From positions 99,552-163,551 of the forward strand of contig CAZOXU010000001.1 in the NCBI GenBank assembly GCA_964583975.1: 64,000 nucleotides of DNA, read 5' to 3'. Below the pieces are notes generated by a model. The model saw only the letters and a list, made by a program, of their open reading frames with translations. It was not told the origin of the DNA and made no database searches. The translations under genes were made by a program, and so were the position numbers. The first letter of the stretch is position 1. The number at the start of each line of letters is the position of its first letter. Origin of the DNA: an uncultured Planctomycetales bacterium (GTDB lineage Bacteria > Omnitrophota > Gorgyraeia > Zapsychrales > Fredricksoniimonadaceae). This document shows positions 45,995-55,526 of the stretch, one piece after another.

Positions 45995-47075
45995 TATATT
46001 CCATTTGATCTTGGGTCAATTCTGGATAAATCGGAAGACTTAAAATTTTCTGAGATTGTTGTTCTGTAACAGGCAAATCTCCTTGTTTATACCCCAAATC
46101 ACTGGCAGCGGGTTGTAGATGCACAGGCACTGGATAATGAATTTTAGTCCCCACCCCTTTTTCAGCCAGATAAGCGCTTAACTCATCGCGCCGTTCAGCT
46201 TGAATAACAAAGGTATGATAAACAGCCTTTTCATGAGCTTGCTCAAGAGGAAATTTAATACAATTCGATTTAGCGAATGCTTGTTGATAAAACTTAGCAT
46301 TCTGAATTCTCTTGTCCGTCCACTGCTCGAAATGATCTAGCTTGACTAATAAGATGGCTGCTTGAATCGAATCCAAGCGAGAATTGCTACTCCAAGCAAC
46401 ACATTCACTACGGTTCTTCATTCCATTGTCGCGTAGAACTCTACACTTCTCATACACCTGTGTATCATTCGTCACCATCACGCCACCATCACCGCAAGCA
46501 TTGAGAGTTTTTAAAGGATGTAAACTAAAACACCCCACATCACCGAAACTTCCTACCTTCTGCCCCTTATATTCAGCGCCAACCGCTTGAGCACAATCTT
46601 CAATGACCTTCAAGTTATGTTTCTTGGCAATGCTCATAATGGCAGACATATCAGCAGGTCGGCCGGTTAAATGAACAGGTAAAATGGCCTTAGTTTTTTT
46701 CGTAAGGGCCTTTTCAATAAGCTGAGGATCAATATTATAATCACCTCGTACATCTACCAAGACTGGTCGAGCTCCAACAAGCGCAATACTGCTGATCGTT
46801 GAAACAAAGGTATTAGAGACACTAATGACTTCATCACCAGGTCCAATACCTAATGCTTTGAGCGCTAAAATAATGGCATCGGTACCGTTTCCAACCCCGA
46901 TGGCATACTTGGTTTTACAAAATTGAGCAAAGCGAGATTCAAATTCTTCAACTTCAGAGCCAAAAACAAAATGAGCATGATCAAATACACGTTCGACCGC
47001 AGCCACCAGTTGCTCTTTGAGTTGGGCATGCTGAAGGGCAAGATTGCTATAAGAAATTTTAGTAGCACATGTCAT
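45960..47075 (-). CDS. DegT-family sugar aminotransferase (tandem copy 2)
   Basis: 'YAIGVGNGTDAIILALKALGIGPGDEVISVSNTFVSTISSI' and 'KKHNLKVIEDCAQA'. Confidence 0.85.
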   Translation of the reverse strand: MTCATKISYSNLALQHAQLKEQLVAAVERVFDHAHFVFGSEVEEFESRFAQFCKTKYAIGVGNGTDAIILALKALGIGPGDEVISVSNTFVSTISSIALVGARPVLVDVRGDYNIDPQLIEKALTKKTKAILPVHLTGRPADMSAIMSIAKKHNLKVIEDCAQAVGAEYKGQKVGSFGDVGCFSLHPLKTLNACGDGGVMVTNDTQVYEKCRVLRDNGMKNRSECVAWSSNSRLDSIQAAILLVKLDHFEQWTDKRIQNAKFYQQAFAKSNCIKFPLEQAHEKAVYHTFVIQAERRDELSAYLAEKGVGTKIHYPVPVHLQPAASDLGYKQGDLPVTEQQSQKILSLPIYPELTQDQMEYIVQCVQEFYKK

Positions 47076-48073
47076 TTAAGAGTCGAGGCTTTCATAACTT
47101 TAATATTGAAATAACGATCTTCAGTCATCGAATTAGGAAGCTTGCCATCTTTAAAGGCGTTGACGAGATCTTTAACGGCATCTTCAATCGTATGCACAGG
47201 AACAAATCCTAATTCTTTTTTAATTTTCTCAGAAGAGACATGGTACGAACGATTATCATCGGTTGGTTCGGTCGCAATCACAATATTAGGATCGCCGATC
47301 ACATCCTTGACCATCTTAGCAATTTGACTGACCGTATGGTTTTCGTAACCTGCATTAAATGTTTTGCCAGCGATCTTTTCCTTAGGATATTCCAAACATT
47401 TCACATACAGATCGGTGATATCTTCAATATGAATATTAGGGCGTTTTTGCGCACCGCCAAAAACACGGATCTTACGATTATGGAAGCCATGATTAGTCAA
47501 AATATTCACGGTCAAATCCATGCGTTGACGAGTGGAGTATCCACAAACGGTGGCAGGTCGTAAAATAAGAACGGTAAAATCATCGGATTGATGTTCTAAA
47601 AGATAATCTTCGCATAAGGCTTTAAATTTAGAATAATCGGTCAATGGAAGGCGTTCCATATCTTCGGTAACATTCTCGACTTCCTTAACACCATAAACAC
47701 TCGAAGATGAGGCATAGATGAAACGTTTAACTTTATTCTTCTTAGAAATCTGAACGAGCGGCAAGAAAGCATCATAGTTAATCGATTTTCCTAAATCAGG
47801 ATTTAATTCAAAACTCGGATCATTGGAAATACAAGCCAGGTGAATAACGACATCGCTTCCTGGAATAGTTTTTTCCAAAAGGGCCACATCACGCATATCC
47901 CCTTTGATTTCGGTTAGATTAGGATGACCTTTTACCGAAGCTAACACATCATCGCCATAAATATACAGATCAAGTACCCTGACCTTATAACCCTTATTCA
48001 AAAGTTTAGGAACCAACATAGCTCCCACATAGCCTGCGCCACCTGTGACAAAAACAGTCTTTAACTCACTCAT
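47072..48073 (-). CDS. NAD-dependent epimerase/dehydratase family protein
   Basis: 'VFVTGGAGYVGAMLVPKL' and 'YSKFKALCEDY' (YxxxK). Confidence 0.8.
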   Translation of the reverse strand: MSELKTVFVTGGAGYVGAMLVPKLLNKGYKVRVLDLYIYGDDVLASVKGHPNLTEIKGDMRDVALLEKTIPGSDVVIHLACISNDPSFELNPDLGKSINYDAFLPLVQISKKNKVKRFIYASSSSVYGVKEVENVTEDMERLPLTDYSKFKALCEDYLLEHQSDDFTVLILRPATVCGYSTRQRMDLTVNILTNHGFHNRKIRVFGGAQKRPNIHIEDITDLYVKCLEYPKEKIAGKTFNAGYENHTVSQIAKMVKDVIGDPNIVIATEPTDDNRSYHVSSEKIKKELGFVPVHTIEDAVKDLVNAFKDGKLPNSMTEDRYFNIKVMKASTLK

Positions 48074-48093
48074 TTAAATCCTCCTACGGTAAA

Positions 48094-49626
48094 TTATTTT
48101 AATAATCTGGTGATAAATTTAATAAGATCGACGGATTTAACCGGCTCGCGATTACACACAATTTGTACCGCTAATGATCCGACCGCATTTCCAATTAGAG
48201 AAACAATTTCCTGCGGCAGCCTGGAAGCAAAACACGGAGCAATGAAGGCAAAAAAGGCATCGCCAGCTCCAATAGTATCAATGACATTATTCGAAAAAGC
48301 TGGGGTTTCATGAAATCCATGTTTTTTAGAATAGCAAATAGATCCTGCAGCCCCGCGCGTGGCAATAATATGCTCACAACCCATTTGTTCATACACCTTC
48401 TTGGCATGGCGCTTAAGATCACTGACTCGATCATGGGTAGCATAGCGTAGTTCCAATTCATCAACGCAAACACAATTGGCCCGACGATATTTGGTCACCA
48501 AGTTAAAACCGATGTTTGCACTATTGGTCTGCACATTTAAGGCCAAATATTTAGCCTTAGCTCCAATTAAATCACGGATTTTCTTGGTTAAAAATCCATG
48601 TCCAAAATCAGAAATGATGACTGCATCATAGTCTTTGATGACCTTATTCAAATGCTCCAGAACCTTCTTTTCTTCACGTTCAGCAATATCGGTATCATCA
48701 ATAAAACAGATCTCAAATAACTTACGATTATTGTCCTTGCTGACATATCTTCTTTTAACAATGGTCTCGGTGTCAGGACGGAAAAAGAATTTAGGTTTAA
48801 TATTGGAACTTAAACGCGATTCGATAAAGGCTTGATGAGATCTTTGTTCACCTAGGATGGTCACCAGATCTACTTTGCCGCAAACACTCGCAGCATTATT
48901 GGCTGTTGCCAAACTACCGCCCGCAAAAGCTTCTTTGGATTTATAACGATTGACCACTAAATGTTCCTTGGATGATTTTCCCATCGGTGTGCAATAGTGG
49001 TATTCATCGATAATCGTATCGCCAATGACCAATACTTTGAGCTTCTTTAAAGCTTCTAAGGACTGAATAATATAATCAATCGGATATCGCTTGGCCATGG
49101 CCCGCAGATACTTAACAGTCCGTGGTGGGTAAGCATCCAAATAATCATTGATCAATTTCGAAGAGCTAAAGGTGATATCATCAGTAATAAATAATTTCCC
49201 ACCCACCGCCTTAACAGCTTCTTCCTCTTCAAAGATCTTACCTGTAACGTCTTTTCCTTTAGCTCGGTAATCAGGACCTTTGGCATAGATATCAGGACGG
49301 ACCTTACGGATAAATTCGGTAGCTTCAGGAGCATCGACGATCGCTACGTAATCGGTGACTGACAAAGAGGCCAACGCTTCGGCACGCAAGCGACCTGTAA
49401 AATAGGGGCGGCCTGGTCCGCGTTTAACATATTTATCTTGAGTGACAGAAGTGATTAAAACATCACCTTGTTTTTTGGCTTGATTAAAGTGGCGGATATG
49501 TCCTAGGTGCACAATGTCAAATACACCATGACAAAGAACCACTCGTTTTCCTTTTTTCTTTAAATCTTCAACGATCTTGGCCAGCCTGGCTGGGGATTGT
49601 ATTTTTCTTAAAACTTTCTGGTCCAT
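48094..49626 (-). CDS. Bifunctional sugar-phosphate nucleotidyltransferase / PfkB-family sugar kinase (HldE-like, reversed domain order)
   Basis: N-terminal cytidylyltransferase-like 'VLCHGVFDIVHLGHIRHF' (HxGH). C-terminal PfkB kinase 'DTIGAGDAFFA'. Confidence 0.75.
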   Translation of the reverse strand: MDQKVLRKIQSPARLAKIVEDLKKKGKRVVLCHGVFDIVHLGHIRHFNQAKKQGDVLITSVTQDKYVKRGPGRPYFTGRLRAEALASLSVTDYVAIVDAPEATEFIRKVRPDIYAKGPDYRAKGKDVTGKIFEEEEAVKAVGGKLFITDDITFSSSKLINDYLDAYPPRTVKYLRAMAKRYPIDYIIQSLEALKKLKVLVIGDTIIDEYHYCTPMGKSSKEHLVVNRYKSKEAFAGGSLATANNAASVCGKVDLVTILGEQRSHQAFIESRLSSNIKPKFFFRPDTETIVKRRYVSKDNNRKLFEICFIDDTDIAEREEKKVLEHLNKVIKDYDAVIISDFGHGFLTKKIRDLIGAKAKYLALNVQTNSANIGFNLVTKYRRANCVCVDELELRYATHDRVSDLKRHAKKVYEQMGCEHIIATRGAAGSICYSKKHGFHETPAFSNNVIDTIGAGDAFFAFIAPCFASRLPQEIVSLIGNAVGSLAVQIVCNREPVKSVDLIKFITRLLK

Positions 49627-49629
49627 GTT

Positions 49630-50625
49630 TTACTTAACCAAATATTTAAACCAATCTTCAGTTGCCTTTTCGATAGTTTGAGGAGTCCAGACTGGAGCAT
49701 CCTTCCAATAATCAATATGTTTAAGAATTTCCTCTACGCCTTGCTCAAAAGAGATCTTGGGAGACCAACCGAGCACCGATTTGATTTTACGGATATCAGC
49801 CCAGGTGCAATCGGGTTCGCCAGGACGCTTAGGAATGTGAGTCTTCTCACCGCCTAACAAAGCGACCAGCTTATTAATGCTTTGAGCCTCGCCAGTTCCG
49901 ACATTAAAAATCTCATTTTTGACGGGTGAAAAAGCAGCAGCCACAATCGCACGGGCCACATCGGTGACAAAGGTAAAGTCGCGTGTCTGATTTCCATCAC
50001 CAACAATGGTGTAGGGTTTGCCATCGAGTTTCTGGGCTAAAAATACTCCAAACACCGCACCATAGGTTCCAGAAGTTCTGGAGCGTGGACCATAAACGTT
50101 AAAGAATCGCAAAGAAACCACTGGCACATCATAGACCTGTCCCCAATGAAGCAATGTCTGCTCTCCTAAATATTTCGTTAAAGCGTAAGGATATTGTGGA
50201 CTGATAGGTGCTGTTTCGGGAGTTGGATAATATTCTTTTGAAGGAATGCCATAACAAGACGATGAGGCGGCATAAACGATCTTTTGAACCTTGGCTAAAC
50301 GCGAAGCTTCAGCCACATTCATGGTTCCAAGCACATTGGATGCATAATACCCGCGAGGCTTAACGATCGAAGGAACAATGTCTGCTAAAGCAGCTATGTG
50401 AAAAACAATCTCCTGACCTTCAAAATAAGGGGCAATCAGATCAAAATTGGTAATATCAGCTTCAATAAGCTTGATATTTCCTTTTTGATGAGTCAAATTG
50501 CCCGGTCGGCCAGTGGAGAAATTATCAAGGACCGTGACCGTATGACCCGCTTCAACCAATTGATCGACCAAATGACTTCCAATAAAACCTGCCCCACCTG
50601 TAACTAAAACTCTCTTCTGACTCAT
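49630..50625 (-). CDS. NAD-dependent epimerase/dehydratase (candidate nucleotide-heptose or hexose epimerase)
   Basis: 'VLVTGGAGFIGSHLVDQL' and 'YALTKYLGE'. Confidence 0.8.
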   Translation of the reverse strand: MSQKRVLVTGGAGFIGSHLVDQLVEAGHTVTVLDNFSTGRPGNLTHQKGNIKLIEADITNFDLIAPYFEGQEIVFHIAALADIVPSIVKPRGYYASNVLGTMNVAEASRLAKVQKIVYAASSSCYGIPSKEYYPTPETAPISPQYPYALTKYLGEQTLLHWGQVYDVPVVSLRFFNVYGPRSRTSGTYGAVFGVFLAQKLDGKPYTIVGDGNQTRDFTFVTDVARAIVAAAFSPVKNEIFNVGTGEAQSINKLVALLGGEKTHIPKRPGEPDCTWADIRKIKSVLGWSPKISFEQGVEEILKHIDYWKDAPVWTPQTIEKATEDWFKYLVK

Positions 50626-51257
50626 TGGATTTCTTTCTTTAATTCCAGCATGAAGTAAGAAACAATCATGTGGTTTAGGATTAAATGGATATCTTCCACA
50701 GGGCCATATTCTCCCTTTTTGCTCTTAATATGGATGGTATAATCGCAAATTTGAGCCAAACGGCCGCCATCAAAACCAACTAAAGCTACGGTTTTACCTC
50801 CTCGTGATTTGGCTAATTCGACCGCCTTGATCACATTGGGGCTGTTGCCGCTCGCTGAGATAACGACTAAAACATCACCAGGATTAAAACTGTATTGAAT
50901 TTGGAGGGAAAATACATCTTCGTAGCTGTAATCATTGCTAATAGCGGTCAAGGCTGACACATTATCATTGATACTTAAGGTCCTAAAACCCTTACCCTGG
51001 ATCTTGCGTCCAACCTCGTTCATATCCTGGGAAAAATGTGAAGCAGTGGTAGCACTTCCCCCATTGCCTGCAAAATAAATAGTTTTATTGTTTTTTCTAG
51101 CTTCTAGGAAGCATTCGGCTACTTTTTGGACTGATTCGACATCTATTTCGGAGATAAGCTTTTGGAGATAATCCCCATATTTTTTAAAATAATTGGCTTG
51201 TAAACTGCTTTCCTTATAGATTTCTTCTAGGGTATTCATGGGCATCTCCTGTTTCAA
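50622..51257 (-). CDS. gmhA: SIS-domain sedoheptulose-7-phosphate isomerase
   Basis: 'IYFAGNGGSATTASHFSQDM' and 'ISASGNSPNVIKAVE'. The start is ambiguous: a TTG at 51257, or an ATG at 51245 or 51239. Confidence 0.8.
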   Translation of the reverse strand: MKQEMPMNTLEEIYKESSLQANYFKKYGDYLQKLISEIDVESVQKVAECFLEARKNNKTIYFAGNGGSATTASHFSQDMNEVGRKIQGKGFRTLSINDNVSALTAISNDYSYEDVFSLQIQYSFNPGDVLVVISASGNSPNVIKAVELAKSRGGKTVALVGFDGGRLAQICDYTIHIKSKKGEYGPVEDIHLILNHMIVSYFMLELKKEIQ

Positions 51258-51350
51258 GCTCGGTTAGAACTTCTTTGTATATAAGGGGTTGAGAGTTTAG
51301 AGTTCAATTTTTGAACATAATTATAAAAGAATAAGTTACCCTGTCAAGAA
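51258..51350 (-). promoter_or_regulatory. 93-bp intergenic spacer upstream of gmhA, candidate internal promoter
   Basis: One of the few gaps longer than 90 bp. It is AT-rich ('tataaaagaataag' region). No confident -35/-10 assignment was possible. Confidence 0.15.
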
Positions 51351-52199
51351 TTAACTCTTCGTCGGCATTGTCTCATAATCGGTGACTTTAACGCCACCCA
51401 CCCCACAACGGATAAACATCTGTTTTCCTACACTAAAAGGTACTCCTATTTTTTTGGTAGAAAAGAGCTTGGGAACATAACATTCTTCCACCCACCACAG
51501 CTGATATTTAAGACCTTTATGGAAGAAAAAAGCTCCTGGATAAGGTCGGGTCTGAGCTCGGACCCAATTATAAACCTTGCGAGCAGACCAGCCAAAGTCA
51601 ATCAAACCATCGCTTGGCACCCGTTTGCCGCAATAGCTGTGCTTATTCCAATCCTGCTTTTGTCGCTTAAGTCTACCTTGGGCAATATCGCTTAAGACCT
51701 TATTTAAAATAATAGGATAACGCGGACTCATGCGCTTAATCAAAGACCCACCTGTATCGGTATTGCTGATCGCTAATTTTTCCTGATAAAGAATATCGCC
51801 GGCATCAACCTCTTCGATCATTTCATGAACGGTAATCCCTGTTTCGATTTCATCATTGATAATGACCCATGTATTTGGCGTGCGCCCTCTATATCGAGGC
51901 AGCAGTGCATCATGAATATTGATCGCTAGCGGCGCTGCAGCTAAGACAGCCTTAGGAAGCAAGAACAAATAATTAAGAGATAAAAGCACATCCGCTTTTG
52001 GCATTTGGCGAGCGGCTAATTTCTTAGGCTTACCAACATACAATGGAATCCGTGACTCTTGGGCCCAATCGATAATCCCTTGAGAATCTTTATTCGTCCA
52101 CACGGCTGTAATGTTCCAGCGAGGATTTCGAGCCAAAGCTTTTAAACTGACTTCTCCCAAATGCCCTCCACAACAAATCCATAAGGATAATTTACGCAT
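51351..52199 (-). CDS. Sugar N-formyltransferase (Fmt/ArnA-N-domain family)
   Basis: 'NIHDALLPRYRGRTPNTWVIINDEIETGITVHEM..VDAGDI' formyl-transferase core. Confidence 0.75.
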   Translation of the reverse strand: MRKLSLWICCGGHLGEVSLKALARNPRWNITAVWTNKDSQGIIDWAQESRIPLYVGKPKKLAARQMPKADVLLSLNYLFLLPKAVLAAAPLAINIHDALLPRYRGRTPNTWVIINDEIETGITVHEMIEEVDAGDILYQEKLAISNTDTGGSLIKRMSPRYPIILNKVLSDIAQGRLKRQKQDWNKHSYCGKRVPSDGLIDFGWSARKVYNWVRAQTRPYPGAFFFHKGLKYQLWWVEECYVPKLFSTKKIGVPFSVGKQMFIRCGVGGVKVTDYETMPTKS

Positions 52200-52962
52200 G
52201 GCTGTCTCCTACTGGATCAGCCATCTCTACAAAAGCCTCGGCGAACTTCACTTGAGATTCATCGCCACGCATGGCTCCTAGCTTTTCAATGAATTCCACC
52301 GAACGAAAATCCGGATAAACGCGTCTTTCGCTTTCATAAGCAGCCAAGGCTTTTAATTTCAAGGCAAATGTCACGCTTACATCCACATAATGGTTAGGTT
52401 TAAAGGATTTTTGTCTTTCAGGTACCGACAAATAGGTCGATTCAGGGACTTCAAAATGCAACACGCGCGTATTGGCCTGTCCTGGTTTTGGTCGAAAAGC
52501 TGTCAATACCGAGCGGCAGACAATCTGATGGTCTAAATTCAGATCTCCCCAAAAATGCGTATAAACAATCGATGGTGATACGCGATTTTTAATGCTTTCA
52601 ATGCGCTTGATCACATCTAATAACAAGTATTGATCGAGCCGCTGATCTGCTAATTTCAAGAAAACAACATCTTCTTTCTTCAAACCTAATATAGTCGCAG
52701 CCTGACAGGCTTCCTTGGTACGCCGCTCGAGCCCCTGGCGATTTAACTCAAGTTCCTCTTGGCGAGATACCAGACGATCAGGATCATAGGTCCTCGAGGT
52801 TACTCCATCAGCCACCAATACCAACGTGACATGATCTCCAGCAGCCGCATGCTTGGCCATGGTAGCTCCGCAACCTAAAATTTCATCATCCGGATGAGCA
52901 GCGATAACTAAAATCTCTTTTGCCTTTGACATTTGCTTAACCTTTCTTAAGACGAGGCACAT
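52192..52962 (-). CDS. PIG-L/LmbE family deacetylase (second copy)
   Basis: 'ILVIAAHPDDEILGCGAT'. Confidence 0.8.
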   Translation of the reverse strand: MCLVLRKVKQMSKAKEILVIAAHPDDEILGCGATMAKHAAAGDHVTLVLVADGVTSRTYDPDRLVSRQEELELNRQGLERRTKEACQAATILGLKKEDVVFLKLADQRLDQYLLLDVIKRIESIKNRVSPSIVYTHFWGDLNLDHQIVCRSVLTAFRPKPGQANTRVLHFEVPESTYLSVPERQKSFKPNHYVDVSVTFALKLKALAAYESERRVYPDFRSVEFIEKLGAMRGDESQVKFAEAFVEMADPVGDSHA

Positions 52963-53650
52963 AACTACGGCCTTGATGTGTAATACAAATAAAATTCTGT
53001 AAATTAACAGCTGTTAAAACACCAAAACCTTCTGAAACAGGATATGTAGCTCCTGTATCGATACCCAATTTATAACCATCCCAAAAAGCTTGGCTGAATG
53101 ACGTATGTCCAAATACAACAATCTTGCCACGAAATTTTCTACGTACTGGCAGAAAATCCCGACGAGCAAAGACCATCTTTTCTAAATTACCAATGCGAAA
53201 TCGATTGCGACGATCTGATGGAATACCTCCATGCACTATAAAATAATCCTTGGTCTCATAATATGATCGTAACGACCGAAAAAAATTTAAATGTTTTTCT
53301 AGAAGTATTTTAAACGTCCCTTCTTTGATCATCTGCGCACATTGAACATCTGAAATCTTCTTGCCCAAATAACTTTCCAAAGTGTTTTTAAAACCATAAG
53401 CCATCATAAATTCCTGGGCTTGCTTGTGTCCTTCCCAAGCCTGCAGTAATTTAAATTCATGGTTGCCAATCAAACAGATGACATCGCGTCGCGCTTTAAG
53501 TTTAATAAGAAAATCAACAACAGCCTTAGAATCCTTGCCCTTATCAATGTAATCGCCTATAAAAATGAGACGCGCTTTAAGGGGAATTCTTTTAAGCAAG
53601 GCCTTTAACTTATCTATTTCGCCATGAATGTCCCCAATAACAAACTCCAT
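52937..53650 (-). CDS. Calcineurin-like metallophosphoesterase
   Basis: 'FVIGDIHGE', 'LIFIGDYIDKG', 'LIGNHEF'. Start set at the internal ATG 53648-53650; the track ORF runs to 53752 and overlaps the upstream gene. Confidence 0.65.
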   Translation of the reverse strand: MEFVIGDIHGEIDKLKALLKRIPLKARLIFIGDYIDKGKDSKAVVDFLIKLKARRDVICLIGNHEFKLLQAWEGHKQAQEFMMAYGFKNTLESYLGKKISDVQCAQMIKEGTFKILLEKHLNFFRSLRSYYETKDYFIVHGGIPSDRRNRFRIGNLEKMVFARRDFLPVRRKFRGKIVVFGHTSFSQAFWDGYKLGIDTGATYPVSEGFGVLTAVNLQNFICITHQGRSYVPRLKKG

Positions 53651-54552
53651 CAATGCAATTCCTCTAATAAACGCTTCAGGCCGCGGGCTCGACTTAAATT
53701 CCATGGTTTTAAATGCTTTTTTAACGCAGCAACGTCCATCGCACAAGGACAATAATCCTGTTGATTTAAAACGGTGACCTTGGATTTGGACTGATAATAG
53801 GTCTGCATCTGTTTTAACAATGCATTTAAATCCATGCGATCGCCATAACCGGCATTGAGGACACTAAATTTGCCATCCAAAGCAGGTTTATTCAATAATT
53901 TAACCAAAGTATGAACAGCATCTTGGACATTCATCACATCCCAATTACCCAAATTCTTGAGATCCAATGTAATGTCCTCATTGTTCTTAAACTTCTTGGC
54001 GGTGTTATACAGCATACCGTTTTTACGGCTGCCACCAAATAAACCAGGAAAGCGTACAACCAATCCGCTTTGGATATCCTTATTCGCACAAAATAAACGC
54101 AGGATCTGTTCGCCCCAGAGTTTGGATAAACCATAAAAATGTGAAGGATCTAAAGGAGTTGTATGTTGCAAACGACCCTTAGGAGGATTATTTTTATAGA
54201 CGGTCATTGAGGAAGCCAAGATAAATTTCTTAACTTGATTATCCTTAGCCCAATTAAGTACATTGTAGACTAACATCATATTGTAATTAAGAAGGTTCTG
54301 GACCTCTTGGCGATTATCGGTATTGATCTTAACCAAGGCGGCCAAATGGATGATCGCATCAACCTGACTTATTTGCCCCATGGACGTCGGCGATAACAAA
54401 TCACATGTTCTTTTCTTAAAACGTAAATGTGAAGGAGTATCTGAATCCCAACGACGGCTAACCCCAATCACTTTATGTTGGGTGTTTTCTAAAATGTATT
54501 GGACCATTTCTTTGCCTAAATAACCGTTAGCCCCTGTAATTAAGATATTCAT
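53650..54552 (-). CDS. NAD-dependent epimerase/dehydratase family protein
   Basis: 'MNILITGANGYLGKEMVQYIL' and 'YGLSKLWGE'. Confidence 0.75.
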   Translation of the reverse strand: MNILITGANGYLGKEMVQYILENTQHKVIGVSRRWDSDTPSHLRFKKRTCDLLSPTSMGQISQVDAIIHLAALVKINTDNRQEVQNLLNYNMMLVYNVLNWAKDNQVKKFILASSMTVYKNNPPKGRLQHTTPLDPSHFYGLSKLWGEQILRLFCANKDIQSGLVVRFPGLFGGSRKNGMLYNTAKKFKNNEDITLDLKNLGNWDVMNVQDAVHTLVKLLNKPALDGKFSVLNAGYGDRMDLNALLKQMQTYYQSKSKVTVLNQQDYCPCAMDVAALKKHLKPWNLSRARGLKRLLEELH

Positions 54553-55526
54553 AAGACTTTCTCCACAGGTACATAATGTTGTGACATGTATCGAAGCATG
54601 ACTAAATTTTCTTTAAAATGCAGCTTGCCTGGTTGTGAGATGCCTGAAAAATCTTTAATTAAACAGCCCACCTCATCAATTCCAGCCGCGATCGTATGCG
54701 CTACTGTAGTTGAAAAACGCGGATTGACTTCCAACACATATAACTTCTTAGCTTGCTGGATCAATTGCACATTAAATGGGCCTTGGGGATGAAATTCTTG
54801 TTGAATTTTCGATACTAACTGTTCAATAGGTTGATGACGCTCGGTCACTGACTGATAGGTAATCCCCTTTTTGGTAATGATTCGCTTTGGCACAACCGCA
54901 TACACATGATCCCTCTTTCCCACCACAGCACTGACGGTATACTCCTGGCCTTTAATGTACTCTTGCACCATCACATCTCGTTTCTGATACGAATGGTCTT
55001 TGAAATATTGCTGCCATTGTTGATAAGAACGGATCAATGCCACTCCACGACTGCCTCGGCCAACGATGGGTTTAATAATTTTTGGCGTTCTAAAGGATTG
55101 TTTATTAACATGCGATGGCAAAATGGTTGCAGGACAAGTAATCCCAGATGCTGAAAATTCTTTGACCATTTGATATTTATTTAATGTTAATTTTATAAAA
55201 TCCTCAGTTGGCGTGATGACTTTCAGGTTCTTAACCGACTTCTCTAAGCTCTTAGCACCAAGTAATTCTTCGTCAATCAAAGGAACATACACATCTATCT
55301 TATATTTTTGGATAATCTTCTTAACTTGATTCCAATAGCTGGCTGAATTTACAGATGGGACTACAATTCCACGATCAGCCATATATAAACCAACTGCATA
55401 TTTATTCATATCCAAAGCAGCAATCCAAAACCCTTTGGATTTGAGTTCCTTGATGATCTCAATAGTCCCTGCGCCACCGGCTCCTGAAATCAATACACGC
55501 ATCTGCTTCATTAAATGTTCTCCCAT
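54549..55526 (-). CDS. ATP-grasp domain protein (carboxylate-amine ligase type)
   Basis: 'MRVLISGAGGAGTIEIIKEL' pre-ATP-grasp region and 'YVLEVNPRFS' ATP-grasp C-terminal motif. Confidence 0.7.
   Translation of the reverse strand: MGEHLMKQMRVLISGAGGAGTIEIIKELKSKGFWIAALDMNKYAVGLYMADRGIVVPSVNSASYWNQVKKIIQKYKIDVYVPLIDEELLGAKSLEKSVKNLKVITPTEDFIKLTLNKYQMVKEFSASGITCPATILPSHVNKQSFRTPKIIKPIVGRGSRGVALIRSYQQWQQYFKDHSYQKRDVMVQEYIKGQEYTVSAVVGKRDHVYAVVPKRIITKKGITYQSVTERHQPIEQLVSKIQQEFHPQGPFNVQLIQQAKKLYVLEVNPRFSTTVAHTIAAGIDEVGCLIKDFSGISQPGKLHFKENLVMLRYMSQHYVPVEKVL

Noticed and set aside
44819-47075. Tandem DegT genes as a single gene split by a frameshift.
   Set aside because: Each copy is full-length (371 and 391 aa) with its own complete N- and C-terminal motifs. 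They are paralogs, not fragments.
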